DNA from: Rhizomicrobium sp.
GTDB lineage: Bacteria; Pseudomonadota; Alphaproteobacteria; Micropepsales; Micropepsaceae
Reading direction: 5' to 3'
Assembly: GCA_035693565.1 (NCBI GenBank)
Contig: DASSGF010000015.1
Location: 27,931-91,930, forward strand
Length of the DNA stretch: 64,000 nucleotides
A model generated the notes under the pieces. The model was not told where the DNA came from, ran no database searches, and saw only the letters and a list, made by a program, of their open reading frames with translations. Made by a program: the position numbers and the translations under genes. Positions 24,394-35,765 of the stretch are shown here, piece after piece; position 1 is the stretch's first letter, and the number at the start of each line of letters is the position of its first letter.

Positions 24394-25314
24394 CTAATCC
24401 GGCTCGCCGCTGAGCGCGGCCAGGCGCGGGCGCCACAGCAGGTTCACCGCCAGCCCCGCCATGATCAGCAGGCAGGCGGTGATTTTCCACAGCGGCAGGG
24501 GCTCGTGCAGCACCAGTGCCGATGCGCCGATGCCGAACACCGGCACCAGCAGCGACAAAGGCGCGACCGTGGCGGCGGGATAGCGCGACAGCAGCCACGC
24601 CCACATGGTGTAGCCGAACAGGGTATTGGCCGCGCTCTGCCACACCAAAGTGGGCCAGATGGTCCAGCGCGAAACCGACACCGCTTCGAGAATCCGGGCC
24701 GGGCCTTCCAGCACCAGGGATGCCACCAGCAGGCCGGGCATGGAAAACAGGCTGGCCCATACCACATAGGCCAGCGGGTTCATCGGTGTGCCGCGGGCAG
24801 CCGCCTTGTGCGCCGCCTCGCGCGTGGTCTGGTTGCTGATCGCCCAGCAGACCGCCCCGCCCAGCACCAGGGCCAGGCCGGTGGGGGTGATGTCCCGGCC
24901 ATGGTGCATCAGGATCACGCCCAAGCCCGCCACCGCCAGCACCAGGCCCAGAAAATGATTGGCGTGTGGTTTCTCGCCGGTGCGCTGCGCCGCCACTGCG
25001 ATGGTGAAGAAGACCTGGGTCTGCATCACCACCGAGGCGATGCCGGGCGAAATGAACCCGTCCATGGCGATATAGAGCAGCCCGAATTGGCCCGTTCCCA
25101 CACAGCCGCCGTAAAGCGCCAGGCTGCCCCAGGACACGTCGGGCTTCTTGAGAAAGAGGATGGCTGGAAACAGCACCAGCGCGAAACGGATCGCCGCCAT
25201 CAGCAGCGGCGGCAGCATGCCGAGGCCCCAGCGCACCACCACGAAATTGGTGCCCCAGATAAAAACCACCGCCAGCGCCAGAAAGGCGTCGCGTCCGGAA
25301 AGATGCGATTTCAT
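24394..25314 (-). CDS. EamA/DMT-family transporter
   Basis: 306 aa, about 10 TM segments, with two EamA-like halves. Confidence 0.85.
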   Translation of the reverse strand: MKSHLSGRDAFLALAVVFIWGTNFVVVRWGLGMLPPLLMAAIRFALVLFPAILFLKKPDVSWGSLALYGGCVGTGQFGLLYIAMDGFISPGIASVVMQTQVFFTIAVAAQRTGEKPHANHFLGLVLAVAGLGVILMHHGRDITPTGLALVLGGAVCWAISNQTTREAAHKAAARGTPMNPLAYVVWASLFSMPGLLVASLVLEGPARILEAVSVSRWTIWPTLVWQSAANTLFGYTMWAWLLSRYPAATVAPLSLLVPVFGIGASALVLHEPLPLWKITACLLIMAGLAVNLLWRPRLAALSGEPD

Positions 25315-25709
25315 CTCAGCCTTGCCTTGGGTTTAACTATAGGGGCTGGCCGGGTCCGGCGCTGTGCAAAGCCTGCATGACGGATGTGACCGATGTTCGC
25401 GCATGTGCGGCGGAATATCACCCAAGCGGCATTCACTATCTTTGCCCGGAACGCGCCGCCTCCAATGGGATTATATCGCGGCAAGGAGTTGGGGACTGGC
25501 AATGCCGGCATGTTTTCGGGCGGACGAGGAAGTCCCAAAGGGCAAGAAGGCGCCGCTGGATAGCTGGCGCGAGCCGCCCGGCTATCTGGGCGAGGCGGTG
25601 CGCCGGGCCAAGCGGATTCCCAGCCGTGCGGCAGCGGCAGAGCCGCTTCCCGCCAAGCCGATAGACTGAAAGCTTGCTCCGATCCGCCCGGCTGTGTCAC
25701 AGCGGGACC

Positions 25710-26453
25710 ATGACGGCGCTGGCTATCCTGTTTTTCGTGGCGGTCTGGGCGGGCATCCAAAACGCCCTGGCGGGCGGGGGCACGTTCCTCACCCTGCCGG
25801 CCCTGATGTTCACCGGCATGACCGCGCTGTCCGCCAATGTCACCTCCACCGTGGCGCTGTTTCCCGGACAGATCACCTCCAGCTGGAGCGGCCGCAGCCA
25901 TGTCGCCGGCGCCGGCGGTCTTTCCTTTCGCGCCCTGGTGGCGATCTCGCTGGCAGGCGGCATTGTGGGCGCCATCCTGCTGCTGGTGACGCCGTCGGAC
26001 ATCTTCAAGGCGCTGGTGCCCTGGCTGGTCTTGTTCGCGACCGGAGTCTTCGCCTATGGCAGTTTCATGCCGCGCAAGGCCGACCATCCGCCGGTGCTGG
26101 GCAAGCTGGGCGCCGGCGCCGCCCAATTCTGCATTGCCGTCTATGGCGGTTACTTCGGCGGCGGCATCGGCTTTCTGATGCTGGCGGCCCTGACCGCGGC
26201 GGGACTTGCCATCCGCAACGCCAACGCCACCAAGAATGTGCTGGCGGGGATGATGAACGCTTCAGCGGTGGCGATTTTTGTTTTTTCACCCCAGGTGCAT
26301 TGGCTGCAAGCCGGGATCGCCTGCGCCGGCGCGGCCTTGGGAGGCCTGGTGGGCGGCCATCTGGTCAGCAAAGTGAATCAAAAGGCTTTGCGCCTGGTGG
26401 CGGTGTCCATCGGCATCGCCTTGACCATCGGCCTGTTCCTGCGCGCGCCTTGA
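25710..26453 (+). CDS. TauE/SafE (TSUP)-family anion exporter
   Basis: A polytopic membrane protein with Gly-rich TSUP-like repeats (GGGTFLTLPAL, GGYFGGGIGFL). The start is taken at ATG 25710. Confidence 0.8.
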   Translation: MTALAILFFVAVWAGIQNALAGGGTFLTLPALMFTGMTALSANVTSTVALFPGQITSSWSGRSHVAGAGGLSFRALVAISLAGGIVGAILLLVTPSDIFKALVPWLVLFATGVFAYGSFMPRKADHPPVLGKLGAGAAQFCIAVYGGYFGGGIGFLMLAALTAAGLAIRNANATKNVLAGMMNASAVAIFVFSPQVHWLQAGIACAGAALGGLVGGHLVSKVNQKALRLVAVSIGIALTIGLFLRAP

Positions 26454-26475
26454 TCGGGCAGGCGCGAGTCCGGCT

Positions 26476-28545
26476 TTACCGCTCCTCGCGCGGAGGCGGC
26501 GGCGCCGCCGCGTCGCCCGGCAGCGCATAAGCCACCAGATCGGCGCCGTAGGAACTGCCCTGGGCGCAGACCAGATACTGCTTGCCTTGATGCATATAGG
26601 TCATGGTGGCGCCGGTCTGCACCTTGTCCATGAACACCGCGCCTTTTTGTTCGCCGGTGGTCTTGTCATAGGCGCGCAGCCGCGCCCCCTTGCGGCCTTT
26701 CTCGTCGGTGTACAAGCCGCAGTCGCCGCAAATCACCAGCGTCTTGGTGGTCAAGGTCCCCAGAATGCCGGACTGGCCGGTGCGGGGAATGGTGACGCCC
26801 TTGAGCAGGCGATGGTTCTTGATGGCGTCCGGGGTTTCGCCATGCACCACCTGCCATAGCTGTGTGCCCTTGGCGATATCGAGCGCAGTGATGACGCCAT
26901 AGGGCGGCTTCATCAAGGGAATGCCTTCGATCGAAATCATGCCGGGCACGATGGGATCGGTGAGGCCGTCGCGTCCCACCGAGCCGCGCAGCCGCCCCAC
27001 CGGTCCGTTCAGGCTGGCGACGCCGCCGAAGGCGCCGCCATTGGCGTCGGCGCTTCCCGCCGCCGGCTGGCCGTTGCGCTGGAACACCTTGCCGTCGGGC
27101 TGCACCATCACGCCGGTGAGCTCGAACTGGTTCTTGGCGTAGACGTAAGCGATATGTGTTTCCGGATCGTAAGACCCGCCAGCCCAGTTGGCGCCGCCCT
27201 GCAGGCCCGGCAGGTTCAAGGCGCCGAAGATCTTGTCATTGACGACCGGCGGCGGCGTGAATAGCGACGCCAGCACATAGTGGCCGGCGATTTCCAGCGC
27301 GCGGGCCTTGATCTGCGGCGTGAAATCCACCAGGTCGCTCTCGGTCACGCCCTGTTTGGCGAAGGGTGGCGGCGCGCTGGGGAAGGGCTGGGTGGGCGAA
27401 TACCATTCGCCCGGCACATTGCCCTTGGGCACCGGCTTTTCGGGAATGGGAAACACCGGCTTGCCGTTGGTGCGGTCCAGCACATAGACCCAGCCCTGCT
27501 TGGTGGGCTGGGCGATGGCTTTGACCGTCTTTCCCTCATGCGGGATGTCGCAGAGAATGCCGGCGCAGGAGATGTCACGGTCCCACAACCCGTGATGGAT
27601 CATCTGATAGTGCCACTTGCGCTGGCCGGTTTCGATGTCCAGCGCCACCAAAGTCTCGCCGAACAGATTGGGCCCAGTGCGGCTGACGCCCAGCATGTCG
27701 GTTTGCGGCAATTCCACCGGCACATAGACCAGACCCAATTCCGGATCGGCCGACATCGGCGCCCAGGCGCCGGTATTGCCGCTGGTTTCCGCCTGGCCCG
27801 GCGTGGTCCAGGTGTCGTAGCCGAACTCGCCCTTGCGCGGAATGGTGTGGAAGATCCATTTGCGCCGGCCGGTCTTGATGTCGAAGCCGCGGACATAGCC
27901 CTTGGACTCAAGCGTGGGGGCCGCTCCCACCACAATGGTGTTACCCACCACCAGCGGCGGCGCATGCAACCCGATGATCCCCTTGTTGGGGTCCATGTTT
28001 TGATCGTCATTCTGGCGCAGATCGACCCGGCCATTCTCTCCGAAAGCGGGATCCGGCAACCCGGTCTTGGCATCCAGCGAGAACATGTTGTAGCCGCGGG
28101 TGACATAGACGATGCGTTCGCTGGCGCCGTCGGTCCAATAGCCCACGCCCAGGCCCGGCCCGCCGCGCGAGCCCAGCCGCGGGCCCTCATCATAGCTGTG
28201 CAGCCAAAGCAACTCGCCGCTGCCCGCATCCAGGCACACCACATCGCGGCGGAAGCCGGCCGTGCAATAGAGTCGTCCCTTCACCACCAGCGGCGTGGAT
28301 TGAAAGTCGGCGTCCAGCCGCGGCCCCAGGGAATTGGTGCTGAAGCGCCAAACCAACTGCAGATTGTTGAAGTTGGCGGCGTTGATCTGGTCCAGCGGCG
28401 AATAGCGGGTGCTGGCAAGATCGTTGGCATAATGCGTCCAATCGGTTTCGCGCGGAGCAACGCTCTCGGCCATCGCGGGCATCACCGCCAGCAAGACGGC
28501 TCCCGATGATCCAGCCAGCATCATTCTGCGATTGATCGAACGCAT
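26476..28545 (-). CDS. PQQ-dependent dehydrogenase (exported quinoprotein)
   Basis: 689 aa. Tat/Sec-like leader MRSINRRMMLAGSSGAVLLAVMPAMA and repeated W-containing beta-propeller blocks typical of quinoprotein dehydrogenases. Confidence 0.85.
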   Translation of the reverse strand: MRSINRRMMLAGSSGAVLLAVMPAMAESVAPRETDWTHYANDLASTRYSPLDQINAANFNNLQLVWRFSTNSLGPRLDADFQSTPLVVKGRLYCTAGFRRDVVCLDAGSGELLWLHSYDEGPRLGSRGGPGLGVGYWTDGASERIVYVTRGYNMFSLDAKTGLPDPAFGENGRVDLRQNDDQNMDPNKGIIGLHAPPLVVGNTIVVGAAPTLESKGYVRGFDIKTGRRKWIFHTIPRKGEFGYDTWTTPGQAETSGNTGAWAPMSADPELGLVYVPVELPQTDMLGVSRTGPNLFGETLVALDIETGQRKWHYQMIHHGLWDRDISCAGILCDIPHEGKTVKAIAQPTKQGWVYVLDRTNGKPVFPIPEKPVPKGNVPGEWYSPTQPFPSAPPPFAKQGVTESDLVDFTPQIKARALEIAGHYVLASLFTPPPVVNDKIFGALNLPGLQGGANWAGGSYDPETHIAYVYAKNQFELTGVMVQPDGKVFQRNGQPAAGSADANGGAFGGVASLNGPVGRLRGSVGRDGLTDPIVPGMISIEGIPLMKPPYGVITALDIAKGTQLWQVVHGETPDAIKNHRLLKGVTIPRTGQSGILGTLTTKTLVICGDCGLYTDEKGRKGARLRAYDKTTGEQKGAVFMDKVQTGATMTYMHQGKQYLVCAQGSSYGADLVAYALPGDAAAPPPPREER

Positions 28546-28756
28546 ATTTCAGAAAATCCCTGGACGTTTTGGTTGGCGGCGACCGTATGCGGGCACCGCC
28601 GGACAGCAAGTTTGTATATAATCAACTTGTCGCGGGATTGTCGCGGAGCTGAACGTCGAAACCGGCTTTGTGCGGCGCGGCAAAAATGTCCGCCGTGATT
28701 CCGCCGTATTTCTATCTACTACTCAAGTCATAGAACTGGCTTGGGGCGCGGGCGGC

Positions 28757-29149
28757 ATGACGAAAATCCTTGCGATACTGGCGTGTCTGAGCTTGGCGGC
28801 GGCAGCCGGGGAACCCAGATGGCTGACCTTCAAGACCGAACATGACGAATGGGGCCGGATCCTGCATCAGATCGATCGCGCCTCTATCCGCCAGGAGGGT
28901 CCCTACCGGACGTTCTGGACGCGCGTCTGGATCGACAGCAAGAAGCAGCCAATGGTGTTCAGCGACCATGAGAGCCTGATCTTCCTGTCCCGGAAATTCG
29001 CGGTCGATTGCGTTCAGCACCGCTTTGGCGCGCGCTTCATCGACAGCAACGATCCGCGCGAGAAAAAGCATGCCGCCACGATGGAAACGATGCGCTGGCA
29101 AAAGCTTGACGCGATGCCCGCCGTGGCGCGCGCGGTTTGCGGCAGCTGA
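28757..29149 (+). CDS. small exported protein, possibly surface-adhesin-E-like
   Basis: The start at 28757 gives the signal peptide MTKILAILACLSLAAAAG. The family call is from memory only. Confidence 0.5.
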   Translation: MTKILAILACLSLAAAAGEPRWLTFKTEHDEWGRILHQIDRASIRQEGPYRTFWTRVWIDSKKQPMVFSDHESLIFLSRKFAVDCVQHRFGARFIDSNDPREKKHAATMETMRWQKLDAMPAVARAVCGS

Positions 29150-29380
29150 TAAGCCGCAAGTGAAGCGCCGCCGCTAACATGTTTCATGCCTGCGACGTCT
29201 TGCCGTTGGTCCTGCGTTGACACGCTGACAGCGAGGCTGTAGCCACGCGCGGATTTTTTTGGCGGCTGCGATAACGAATCGTGCGCAGTCCGCAGACATT
29301 TCACCGCCCATTTTCACAACGGCATGCTTTCTTCTATCCGGCCCGCTTTGCAGGCGGCCTTGCGAGGTTTGAATCGTTTG

Positions 29381-29806
29381 ATGACACAGGAACTAGCCAA
29401 TAACAGCTTGATGCTTTCCGTGCTGGCCGCCTTCCGGTCCGGCAATCTGGAGCCGTTGTTCGCCGCACTCAGCCCCGATGTCGTGTGGAAAGCCACCGCG
29501 CCGCGGGAGCTCTTCCGCTTCGGCGGCACCCATAAGGGCATCGCGGGCATGAAGGAATATACGGCGCTGCTATTCTCGCGCTATCACTTCACCCGCTTCG
29601 CGCCCAAGACCATCACCGCCAAGGGCGATCAAGTATGGGGCATCTTCGACATGGAAGCCTTGCACCAGCCCAGCGGCCGCTATGTGCGTTCCGACGTCGC
29701 CATCCGCTGGACGGTGAAAAACGGCAAGATCACCGAGCATCAAGGCTTTTTCGACACCGCCGGCGTATTGCTGCAGCAGGGCGACATTTCCGTCGCGGCG
29801 GCCTAA
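29381..29806 (+). CDS. SnoaL-like / NTF2-fold protein
   Basis: About 141 aa from ATG 29381. The pattern (VL.AF..GN...L..L..DV.W, then IRWTVKNGKI) resembles the SnoaL-like fold. Confidence 0.6.
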   Translation: MTQELANNSLMLSVLAAFRSGNLEPLFAALSPDVVWKATAPRELFRFGGTHKGIAGMKEYTALLFSRYHFTRFAPKTITAKGDQVWGIFDMEALHQPSGRYVRSDVAIRWTVKNGKITEHQGFFDTAGVLLQQGDISVAAA

Positions 29807-29821
29807 CAAAAAACCAGGAAT

Positions 29822-30391
29822 TCAAGCGGCCAGATAAGCACCCGCGAACAGCAGCGTTCCCGCCAGCCCCAGCCCCATTGCCGCGAACCAGATTGGCCGC
29901 CGCCGGGTGATGATGGCCACGGTGGAAAGCGCGATGCCGATCTCCACCAAGGTGGCCGCGCCGGTCAGCCAATGATGGCGGTCTTCGTGCGCGGCGCTGC
30001 TCTTGAGCCTGGCATCGCGTTCCTGTTCCGCTTCCTGGGCTTTTTCGCGCGCCTTGTTCTGGCCTTCGCGCTGCTCCTTGACGTCGCGCAGATATTCCTC
30101 GGTTTTCGGGCTGCTGGTGGCGGAGGCGATCTCATACATATGCCGCTTGAGGCTGTCGGCCTGATACTCGTTCCAGCTGTCGGTGGCCTTGTCCTGCGCC
30201 AGTACCGCCTCGCTGGAATCGGCGATGGCGCGGCCCGCCTCCACCGTTTCCAGCGAGCCCGCGGTCGCCGCCATCACCGCCAGCACCGCGACGGTGATGG
30301 ATACGCGGCTGATGAAGGGATCGCGTTCATGCGCCGCATGCTCGGCATGTTCGGTATGCTCATGGGCGTCCAGGGCGGGATCGTGGCTCAT
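29822..30391 (-). CDS. DUF4337-family membrane protein
   Basis: 189 aa with a His/Glu-rich N-terminus, long helical segments and a C-terminal TM pair. It matches the DUF4337 family as I recall it. Confidence 0.7.
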   Translation of the reverse strand: MSHDPALDAHEHTEHAEHAAHERDPFISRVSITVAVLAVMAATAGSLETVEAGRAIADSSEAVLAQDKATDSWNEYQADSLKRHMYEIASATSSPKTEEYLRDVKEQREGQNKAREKAQEAEQERDARLKSSAAHEDRHHWLTGAATLVEIGIALSTVAIITRRRPIWFAAMGLGLAGTLLFAGAYLAA

Positions 30392-30401
30392 GGTCTCTCT
30401 T

Positions 30402-31706
30402 CTACTTGAACTGGCTCAGATCGACCGCGTCCCCCATGGCCTTGTAGCCCGCGTCATTGGGATGCAGCTTGTCGCGGATATTGAAGCCGGCGCGGAAGGC
30501 GAGAGGATTAGCCGGATCGCCGGTGGCGGCGGCGAAATCCGCCGTCCCGTCAAAGGCGCCGCCGGTCTTGATCCAGTTGTTCAAGCCGGTGCGGACTTCC
30601 TCGCCGGCGGGAGAGGCATAAGCCGCGCCTTGGTAAGGTGTCAGGGTGGCGCCGATCACCTTGATGCCATGGTCGTGTGCGCGCTGGATGATCTGCTTGT
30701 CGGCGGCGATCAAGGCCTCCAGACTGATCGGATCTTGCACGCCGGTGGTTTGAAGGCCGCGGCCGATATCGTTGATGCCTTCAAGCAGGATGATGGCTTT
30801 CACCCCGGGCACGCTCAACACGTCGCGGTCCAGCCGCGCCAGGGCGTTGGGGCCGGTGCCATAGCGCAACAGCTTGTTGCCGCCGATGCCGACATTGACC
30901 ACCGCCCATTTGCCGCCTTCCGCCAGGCGTTCCGCCAGCCGGTCGGGATAGCTGCGGAAGGCGTTGCCGGTGGAGGTGGCGCCATCGGTGATGGAGTCGC
31001 CCAGGCACACCACGACGCTGGTGGCCGTGACGGCATCGACATCCACTTCACTCACCAAAGCGGTGAGCCGCGCCAGCCGCTGTCCCGGCAGTTGCGGTGC
31101 GCCGGTCTGTTCACCCGCCGCCATATATTGCAGCAAGCTGTGGCCGCTGCGCGCCGCCGGGCCGGGCAGGTAGCTGGAGATCAGCAATCGGTCCAGGGCC
31201 TTGACCGGAAGGTCGATGGCATCGCTCAGCAGCGGCGCGCCCGCCGGTATGGCGATGGCGCGGCGCCCTTCAAAGGTCACGATACGGTCGCTGCCCGGCA
31301 GCACGCTGCCATCGGGTCCCGCCAATCCCACATGCACCGCGCCCAAATTCAAGACATCGCTGCCGCCTTCATTGGTGAAGCGCAGGCGGATGCGCTTGCC
31401 GGCGGCCGAGACCCGCACCAACTGGCGGATGGTGACATCGGCGGGGTCGCTGAGCAGGGTCGCAACCGGAATATTGCCGGGATTTTCCACCAGGGGCGGC
31501 TGGGCAGCCGGGCTTTCCGGAATCGGCGCCAGCGGCACCAGAGCGGGCGCGGTCACCGGCATCGCTATGCCGGGCGGCGGCGGCACCACGGCAAAGCCCC
31601 AGGCGCCGATCCAATTGTCCTTGGGCGGCGCCTTGGTCGCCGACTCAGCTACGGCCCCGCTGACCAGCAAAAAGGCGACCCCCAAGGCAAACTGACGAAT
31701 TCTCAT
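30402..31706 (-). CDS. exported SGNH/GDSL-family hydrolase
   Basis: SGNH blocks GDSITDG, GINDIG and a DKLHPND-type D-x-x-H. The start at 31706 gives the signal peptide MRIRQFALGVAFLLVSGAVA. Confidence 0.8.
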   Translation of the reverse strand: MRIRQFALGVAFLLVSGAVAESATKAPPKDNWIGAWGFAVVPPPPGIAMPVTAPALVPLAPIPESPAAQPPLVENPGNIPVATLLSDPADVTIRQLVRVSAAGKRIRLRFTNEGGSDVLNLGAVHVGLAGPDGSVLPGSDRIVTFEGRRAIAIPAGAPLLSDAIDLPVKALDRLLISSYLPGPAARSGHSLLQYMAAGEQTGAPQLPGQRLARLTALVSEVDVDAVTATSVVVCLGDSITDGATSTGNAFRSYPDRLAERLAEGGKWAVVNVGIGGNKLLRYGTGPNALARLDRDVLSVPGVKAIILLEGINDIGRGLQTTGVQDPISLEALIAADKQIIQRAHDHGIKVIGATLTPYQGAAYASPAGEEVRTGLNNWIKTGGAFDGTADFAAATGDPANPLAFRAGFNIRDKLHPNDAGYKAMGDAVDLSQFK

Positions 31707-31959
31707 GTCCCGCTCCCCGTATTTATTGCTTGGCAGGGACTTTCTCTTGGCCCTCAAAACGGCGCAAGCCGCATCGGGAAGGGGCCGCCCGAGGGCCAGA
31801 AAAGGTCAAAATGGGCCGGGCACGGACCAAAATGACGCTTGGATACGAAAAAAGTCTGGTTTTTCAGATGCTTCCCGTTGACGGGCGGGAAGGTCCCATG
31901 ACAATTTAAGCCCAGTCGCAGGGCTGAACCCGGCGGCGTGTCCCTCAAAGGGGCTGGGG

Positions 31960-32253
31960 ATGATTAAGTCAGAACTGGTTGCACGGCTCACCGCTCGCTA
32001 TCCGCATCTTTATCACCGCGATGTCGAACGCATCGTGACGACGGTGCTGGATTCCATCAGCAAGGCATTGGCCGATGGCCATCGCGTGGAACTGCGCGGC
32101 TTTGGCGCCTTCAGTGTAAAGGTCCGGCCCTCGCGCATGGGCCGCAATCCGCGCACCGGCGAGCCGGTGTCGGTGGGACAGAAGCGTGCGCCTTTCTTCC
32201 GCACCGGCAAGGAATTGCGCGAGCGGTTGAATGGCGGTAACGGAGAGGCGTGA
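31960..32253 (+). CDS. ihfB: integration host factor subunit beta
   Basis: 97 aa: MIKSELV...[13 protein letters not shown]...GRNPRTGE.V. Confidence 0.95.
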   Translation: MIKSELVARLTARYPHLYHRDVERIVTTVLDSISKALADGHRVELRGFGAFSVKVRPSRMGRNPRTGEPVSVGQKRAPFFRTGKELRERLNGGNGEA

Positions 32254-32966
32254 ATCCGCCCCCTTCGTCCAATCCCGTATTTGTCGCTTTAGATACAACC
32301 GATCTTGATCACGCGCGCCAATTGGCGGCGCGTGTGCGTCCGTCTGTCGGCGGCTTGAAGCTGGGGCTGGAATTTTTCAACGCGCATGGTCCGGCTGGCG
32401 TGCGGCCCTTTGTCGAAATGGGTCTGCCGGTGTTCCTGGACCTGAAATATCACGACATCCCCAACACCGTGGCGGGCGCATGTCGCGCGGGCGCGCAGCT
32501 TGGCGTGTCGATCATGAATGTTCACGCCCAGGGCGGGGCGCAAATGATGCGCGCCGCGTTGGAAGCGGCCAAAAGCATGGCGCCTGCCACCAAGGTGATC
32601 GCCGTCACCATGCTGACCAGCCTGGGCGATGAAGACCTGCCGTCGCTTGGTCTTAAGCCGCCTGTGGCTGACCAGGTGTTGCGGTTGGCCAGCCTGGCCC
32701 GGCAATGCGGCCTGGATGGGGTTGTGTGTTCGGCCCATGAAATCGCAAGGCTGCGCCGGGAATTGGGTCCGGACTTCTTGCTGGTGGTGCCCGGCATCCG
32801 CCCCGTGGGAGCCGAACTCGGTGACCAGCGCCGGGTGATGGGTCCCGCCGAAGCCCGGGATGCGGGGGCCAATGTGCTGGTGATCGGCCGGCCGATCACG
32901 GGCGCGCCTGATCCGGCCCAGGCGGCGCGGGATATTGCCCAAAGCCTGGGCATTTCAGCCACTTAA
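32250..32966 (+). CDS. pyrF: orotidine 5'-phosphate decarboxylase
   Basis: [13 protein letters not shown] and [13 protein letters not shown] motifs. Its GTG start overlaps the ihfB stop (GTGA). Confidence 0.95.
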   Translation: MNPPPSSNPVFVALDTTDLDHARQLAARVRPSVGGLKLGLEFFNAHGPAGVRPFVEMGLPVFLDLKYHDIPNTVAGACRAGAQLGVSIMNVHAQGGAQMMRAALEAAKSMAPATKVIAVTMLTSLGDEDLPSLGLKPPVADQVLRLASLARQCGLDGVVCSAHEIARLRRELGPDFLLVVPGIRPVGAELGDQRRVMGPAEARDAGANVLVIGRPITGAPDPAQAARDIAQSLGISAT

Positions 32967-33014
32967 CCCAGTTTGCTTGATTTCCGGGTTCCGCGGGCTC
33001 ATACACCCGAACCC

Positions 33015-33680
33015 ATGACCATTGCCGTGAAAATCTGCGGGTTGACCAGCCCCGCCGCCATCGATGCGGCGGTCAGCGCCGGCGCGGTCTATGGCGGCTT
33101 GGTGTTCCATCCCAACTCGCCCCGCAATCTGTCCCTGGAGCAGGCGCGATCCCTGGCCGGTCACATGCGCGGCCGTCTCAAGACCGTGACCTTGATCGTG
33201 GATTTGGACGATGCCGGGATTGAAGCCGTGGTGACTGCGGCACAGCCTGATTTCCTGCAACTGCATGGCGGCGAAAGCGCGCGCCGCGCCGCCTATATCC
33301 GGGGCAAGTTTGGGGTCCCTGTCATCAAGGCGCTGCCGGTCGCGGAACCCGCCGATCTCGCCGCTGCCGCGGAATATGAAAATGCCGCCGACATGCTGAT
33401 GTTCGATGCCCGCCCGCCCAAAGGCGCGGTGCGTCCCGGCGGTCATGGCGCGGCCTTTGATTGGAAAATCCTCAGCGGCCGGCAGTTCACCAAGCCCTGG
33501 TTCCTGGCCGGCGGATTGAATCCCGACAATGTGGCGCGCGCCATCGAACTGTCCGGCGCCAAGCTGGTGGATGTTTCCTCCGGGGTGGAAAGCGCTCCGG
33601 GCGTGAAAGATGCGGGGCGCATCCGGGATTTCGTTCAGGCCGCGACCCATCCGGCCTTCATCAGCAAGCAGACCGCATGA
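33015..33680 (+). CDS. trpF: phosphoribosylanthranilate isomerase
   Basis: The start [10 protein letters not shown] is the typical TrpF N-terminus. It is followed by trpB with an ATGA overlap. Confidence 0.9.
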   Translation: MTIAVKICGLTSPAAIDAAVSAGAVYGGLVFHPNSPRNLSLEQARSLAGHMRGRLKTVTLIVDLDDAGIEAVVTAAQPDFLQLHGGESARRAAYIRGKFGVPVIKALPVAEPADLAAAAEYENAADMLMFDARPPKGAVRPGGHGAAFDWKILSGRQFTKPWFLAGGLNPDNVARAIELSGAKLVDVSSGVESAPGVKDAGRIRDFVQAATHPAFISKQTA

Positions 33681-34906
33681 ACCAGATTCCCAATTCTCCA
33701 TTGTCCAATTCTTTGGGCGCCGGTCCCGATGCCAATGGCCATTTCGGCGCCTATGGCGGCCGCTTTGTCGCCGAAACCCTGATGCCTTTGGTGCTGGCGC
33801 TGGAAAAGGCTTATGAGGCGGCAAAAAAAGACCCGGCGTTCCAGGCGGAATTGTCCGGCCTGCTCACCCATTATGTGGGGCGGGAAAGCCCGCTCTATTT
33901 CGCTGAACGGCTGACGGCGCATTTCGGCGGCGCCAGGATCTATCTCAAGCGCGAGGACCTCAATCACACCGGCGCGCACAAGATCAACAATTGCCTGGGC
34001 CAGATTCTGCTCGCCAGGCGGATGGGCAAGACCCGCATCATCGCCGAAACCGGCGCCGGCCAGCATGGCGTGGCCACGGCCACAGTGGCGGCGCGCTTCG
34101 GCCTGCCCTGCACCGTCTATATGGGCGACGTGGACATGGAGCGGCAGAAGCCCAATGTCTTCCGCATGCGTCTGCTGGGCGCGGAAGTGAAGGGCGTGTC
34201 GTCCGGCTCGCGCACCTTGAAGGACGCCACCAATGAGGCCTTGCGCGACTGGGTCGCCAATGTCCACGACACTTTTTACATCATCGGTTCGGTGGTGGGG
34301 CCGCATCCCTATCCCGCCATGGTGCGCGATTTCCAGACCGTGATCGGAGTTGAGACCCGCGCCCAGATTCTGGAACGGGAAAAGCGCCTGCCCGACCTGG
34401 TGGTGGCCTGCGTCGGCGGCGGTTCCAATGCCATTGGCATGTTCCATCCCTTTATCGACGACAGCCAGGTGGAGATTCATGGCGTGGAAGCGGCGGGCGA
34501 TGGCGTGAATACGCCGCGTCATGCCGCCAGCATCACCAAGGGCACGCCCGGTGTGCTGCATGGGGCCCGCTCATATCTTTTGCAGGATGGCGATGGCCAG
34601 GTGCTGGAAGCCCATTCCATTTCGGCCGGGTTGGACTATCCGGGCGTCGGCCCCGAACATAGCTGGCTCAAGGATATCGGCCGGGTGAAATACCATTCCA
34701 TCACCGACAAGGAGGCGCTGGACGCTTTCATGCTGCTGTCCAAGCTGGAAGGTATCATTCCGGCGCTGGAATCCGCCCATGCCATCGCCCATGTCGCCAA
34801 AGTGGCACGCCAGATGAAGAAGGACCAGATCATCGCCGTCTGCCTGTCTGGCCGCGGCGACAAGGACATCTTCTCGGTCGCGCATGCCCTGGGTGAAAAA
34901 ATATGA
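33677..34906 (+). CDS. trpB: tryptophan synthase beta chain
   Basis: [26 protein letters not shown] (PLP lysine) and GGGSNAIG. Confidence 0.95.
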   Translation: MNQIPNSPLSNSLGAGPDANGHFGAYGGRFVAETLMPLVLALEKAYEAAKKDPAFQAELSGLLTHYVGRESPLYFAERLTAHFGGARIYLKREDLNHTGAHKINNCLGQILLARRMGKTRIIAETGAGQHGVATATVAARFGLPCTVYMGDVDMERQKPNVFRMRLLGAEVKGVSSGSRTLKDATNEALRDWVANVHDTFYIIGSVVGPHPYPAMVRDFQTVIGVETRAQILEREKRLPDLVVACVGGGSNAIGMFHPFIDDSQVEIHGVEAAGDGVNTPRHAASITKGTPGVLHGARSYLLQDGDGQVLEAHSISAGLDYPGVGPEHSWLKDIGRVKYHSITDKEALDAFMLLSKLEGIIPALESAHAIAHVAKVARQMKKDQIIAVCLSGRGDKDIFSVAHALGEKI

Positions 34907-34919
34907 AGCGAGAAAAACT

Positions 34920-35765
34920 GTGACCCGCTTGTCCAGCACCTTCGCGCGCCTGAAGAAAGAGGGCCGCGCCGCCTTTGTGCCCTTCATCACCGCCGGCGAT
35001 CCCGACATGGAAACCAGCTTCGCCATTCTGGACAGGCTGCCGGCGGCGGGCGCCGATGTGATCGAGCTGGGCATGCCCTTCACCGACCCGATGGCCGATG
35101 GTCCCGCCGTGCAAGCCTCATCGGTGCGCGCGCTGAAAGCCGGCGCCAGCATGGCCAAGGTGCTGGAGATGGTGAAAAAATTCCGCCGCACGCACAAAGA
35201 CACGCCTTTGGTGCTGATGGGTTATTACAATCCCATCCATGCCTATGGTACCGCCCGCTTCGCCCGCGACGTGGCGGCGGCCGGAGTCGATGGCTTGATC
35301 GTGGTGGACCTGCCGGTGGAAGAAGATGAAGTGCTGCGGGTGCCGGCCAAGGCGCAAGGCGTCGATCTGATCCGCTTTGTCACCCCGACGACGGATGACG
35401 CGCGGCTCAAGCGCATTGTCGCCGAGGCCAGCGGGTATCTTTATTATGTCTCGGTGGCCGGCGTCACCGGCACCAAGGCTGTGCCGGAAGAGGAAGTGCG
35501 CGGGGCGATGGCGCGGGTGCGCGCCGCCACCAATCTGCCTTGCACGGTGGGCTTCGGTATCCGCTCGCCGGAGCAGGCGGAGGCGATCGCCAAGGTGGCA
35601 GACGGCGTGGTGGTGGGATCGGCCATTGTCAGCAAGGTTGCGGCCAACCTGGACTCATTGAAGGAAGTGGGGGGCCGGGACAAGGTGATTGCCGAGGTTT
35701 TGGCATTGGTCACCCAACTTGCCGGTTCGACCCACGCCGCCCGTCATGGTAAGGTGCCGGCATGA
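34920..35765 (+). CDS. trpA: tryptophan synthase alpha chain
   Basis: [27 protein letters not shown] and YYVS..GVTG. GTG 34920 is preferred as the start. The alternative ATG at 34884 would overlap trpB by 23 nt. Confidence 0.9.
   Translation: MTRLSSTFARLKKEGRAAFVPFITAGDPDMETSFAILDRLPAAGADVIELGMPFTDPMADGPAVQASSVRALKAGASMAKVLEMVKKFRRTHKDTPLVLMGYYNPIHAYGTARFARDVAAAGVDGLIVVDLPVEEDEVLRVPAKAQGVDLIRFVTPTTDDARLKRIVAEASGYLYYVSVAGVTGTKAVPEEEVRGAMARVRAATNLPCTVGFGIRSPEQAEAIAKVADGVVVGSAIVSKVAANLDSLKEVGGRDKVIAEVLALVTQLAGSTHAARHGKVPA

Noticed and set aside
25502-25669. 55-aa ORF (MPACFRADEEVPKGKKAPLDSWREPPGYLGEAVRRAKRIP...) in the 395-nt EamA/TauE divergent spacer
   Set aside because: Third-position GC is high, but the SD (AAGGAG) lies about 14 nt from the ATG. 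The peptide is low-complexity and I recognise no family. This is insufficient support for a feature call.
28546-30391. Idea that the adhesin-E-like / SnoaL-like / DUF4337 genes form an AT-rich acquired islet
   Set aside because: A rough hand count of the coding sequence gave only a slightly lower GC than the surroundings, and there are no flanking repeats or mobility genes. This is not supportable.
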